A stretch of DNA of 15,294 bases, taken from positions 1 to 15,294 of the IMG/VR virus record IMGVR_UViG_2529292718_000014. One strand, 5' to 3'. Made by a program: the position numbers and the translations under genes. The notes below the pieces were generated by a model, which was not told where the DNA came from, ran no database searches, and worked only from the letters and a program-made list of their open reading frames with translations. Of this stretch, positions 14,323 to 15,294 are shown in pieces; the stretch's first letter is position 1; the number at the start of each line of letters is the position of its first letter. Source of the stretch: a virus (taxonomy: Duplodnaviria > Heunggongvirae > Uroviricota > Caudoviricetes).

Positions 14323-14700
14323 ATGCGTGATATTCAGATGGTTCTTGAGCGTTGGGGGGCATGGGCGGCTAATAATCATGAAGATGTGACCTGGTCGTCC
14401 ATTGCCGCCGGTTTTAAGGGATTAATTCCTTCAAAAGTAAGATCTCGTCCGCAATGCTGTGACGATGACGCGATGATCATTTGTGAATGTATGGCTCGCC
14501 TGAAAAAAAACAACAGCGATTTACATGATTTATTGGTGGACTATTATGTCGGCGGCATGACTTTTATGGCGCTTGCACATAAGCATGGGCGATCTGATTG
14601 TTGGGTTGGCAGGATGCTCCAGAAAGCTGAGGGCGTAGTGGAGGGCATGCTGATGGTGTTGGATCTCCGATTGGAGATGGATGCTGATTGTTCGAAATAA
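14323..14700 (+). CDS. Late-gene antiterminator Q (phage 82 / DLP12 QuuD-like type), 125 aa from the ATG at 14323
   Basis: N-terminus [24 protein letters not shown]… and the Cys cluster [17 protein letters not shown] match my recollection of QuuD-family Q proteins. GGAG 9 nt upstream. Followed by a tR'-like terminator. Confidence 0.8.
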   Translation: MRDIQMVLERWGAWAANNHEDVTWSSIAAGFKGLIPSKVRSRPQCCDDDAMIICECMARLKKNNSDLHDLLVDYYVGGMTFMALAHKHGRSDCWVGRMLQKAEGVVEGMLMVLDLRLEMDADCSK

Positions 14701-14798
14701 TTAAAGGAAAAGTTGCTGTCTGATTTTCATTAGTCTAACATTTTAAATGTTGGAATCGCAACGTAGTTATTATCATATAACAGCTTGTTTCCTGATTT

Positions 14799-14828
14799 AG
14801 CCAGCCTCCCCAAAGGCTGGTTTTTTTC
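14799..14828 (+). terminator. Rho-independent terminator downstream of Q (tR'-like)
   Basis: Stem CCAGCC/GGCTGG (14801-14806 and 14815-14820), 8-nt loop, T7 tract at 14821-14827. Expected late promoter/qut region lies between the Q stop and this hairpin. Confidence 0.65.
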
Positions 14829-14990
14829 TAATAAGTATCATTTCGGGTGGGGATTTTATTGTTTAACCCATAATAGTTCATTGACATTGAATCCCAACTT
14901 TTGAGCGGTACGCACATAGTCTGCTTTTACATTATCTGGAATAGTTTGGGTCCTTGCCAGAATCCATAGGTATTCTCTGTTCGGACCACT

Positions 14991-15294
14991 GGTGATGCTG
15001 CCAACTTACTGATTTAGTGTATGATGGTGTTTTTGAGGTGCTCCAGTGGCTTCTGTTTCTATCAGCTGTCCCTCCTGTTCAGCTACTGACGGGGTGGTGC
15101 GTAACGGCAAAAGCACCGCCGGACATCAGCGCTATCTCTGCTCTCACTGCCGTAAAACATGGCAACTGCAGTTCACTTACACCGCTTCTCAACCCGGTAC
15201 GCACCAGAAAATCATTGATATGGCCATGAATGGCGTTGGATGCCGGGCAACCGCCCGCATTATGGGCGTTGGCCTCAACACGATTTTCCGCCAT
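14991..15294 (+). mobile_element. IS1 insertion sequence, left end (partial; continues beyond the window)
   Basis: Terminal inverted repeat GGTGATGCTGCCAACTTACTGATTTAGTGTATGATGGTG begins at 14991 and matches the canonical IS1 end, followed by insA. Confidence 0.95.
15046..15294 (+). CDS. insA: IS1 InsA (partial, 3' end outside the window)
   Basis: GTG start at 15046. Translation [83 protein letters not shown] matches IS1 InsA as I recall it. Confidence 0.95.
   Translation, partial: MASVSISCPSCSATDGVVRNGKSTAGHQRYLCSHCRKTWQLQFTYTASQPGTHQKIIDMAMNGVGCRATARIMGVGLNTIFRH

Noticed and set aside
13477-14362. ORFs 13477-13695 (plus), 13698-13961 (minus), 13759-13992 (plus) and 13958-14362 (minus)
   Set aside because: They overlap the plus-strand nin-like and Q genes in alternative frames; the Q and HNH-like motifs support the annotated frames.
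15017-15294. ORFs 15017-15229 (plus) and 15079-15294 (minus) in IS1
   Set aside because: They are out of frame or antisense to insA, whose translation from the GTG at 15046 matches IS1 InsA.

Overview
This window reads as the left arm and early region of a lambdoid (lambda/DLP12-like) enterobacterial prophage that carries an accessory insertion and ends in a partial IS1. All family names are from reading the translations and from recollection; no database search was possible. Layout: (1) minus-strand int/xis (1-1366) and a DEDDh exonuclease locus that appears disrupted (1419-3895); (2) leftward small early genes (3987-6144); (3) an immunity switch with a short cI-like HTH repressor (6361-6780, minus), divergent Cro-like (6860-7114) and CII/YdaT-like (7111-7536) genes, and shared ATGTACT operator half-sites on both sides; (4) an O-like replication initiator gene (7608-8678) containing two GTCACG iteron arrays plus an AT-rich tract, i.e. 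a probable origin; (5) an accessory region (about 9.2-12.9 kb), the most interesting part: decayed remnants with a G7 tract, an AT-rich segment encoding an orphan ParA/MinD-like ATPase with its own consensus promoter (9659-10705), a GC-rich structured element or 39-aa ORF (10863-11072), and a two-gene cassette (unknown 197-aa protein at 11156-11749 plus an XRE-HTH/ImmA-IrrE HEXXH metallopeptidase fusion at 11760-12881) bracketed by two identical 23-bp terminator hairpins; (6) nin-like genes and a Q antiterminator (12983-14700) with a tR'-like terminator; (7) the left end of IS1 with partial insA (14991-15294). The cassette and the orphan ParA segment are the best candidates for an undescribed defence or TA-like system, but this is inference from gene context only.
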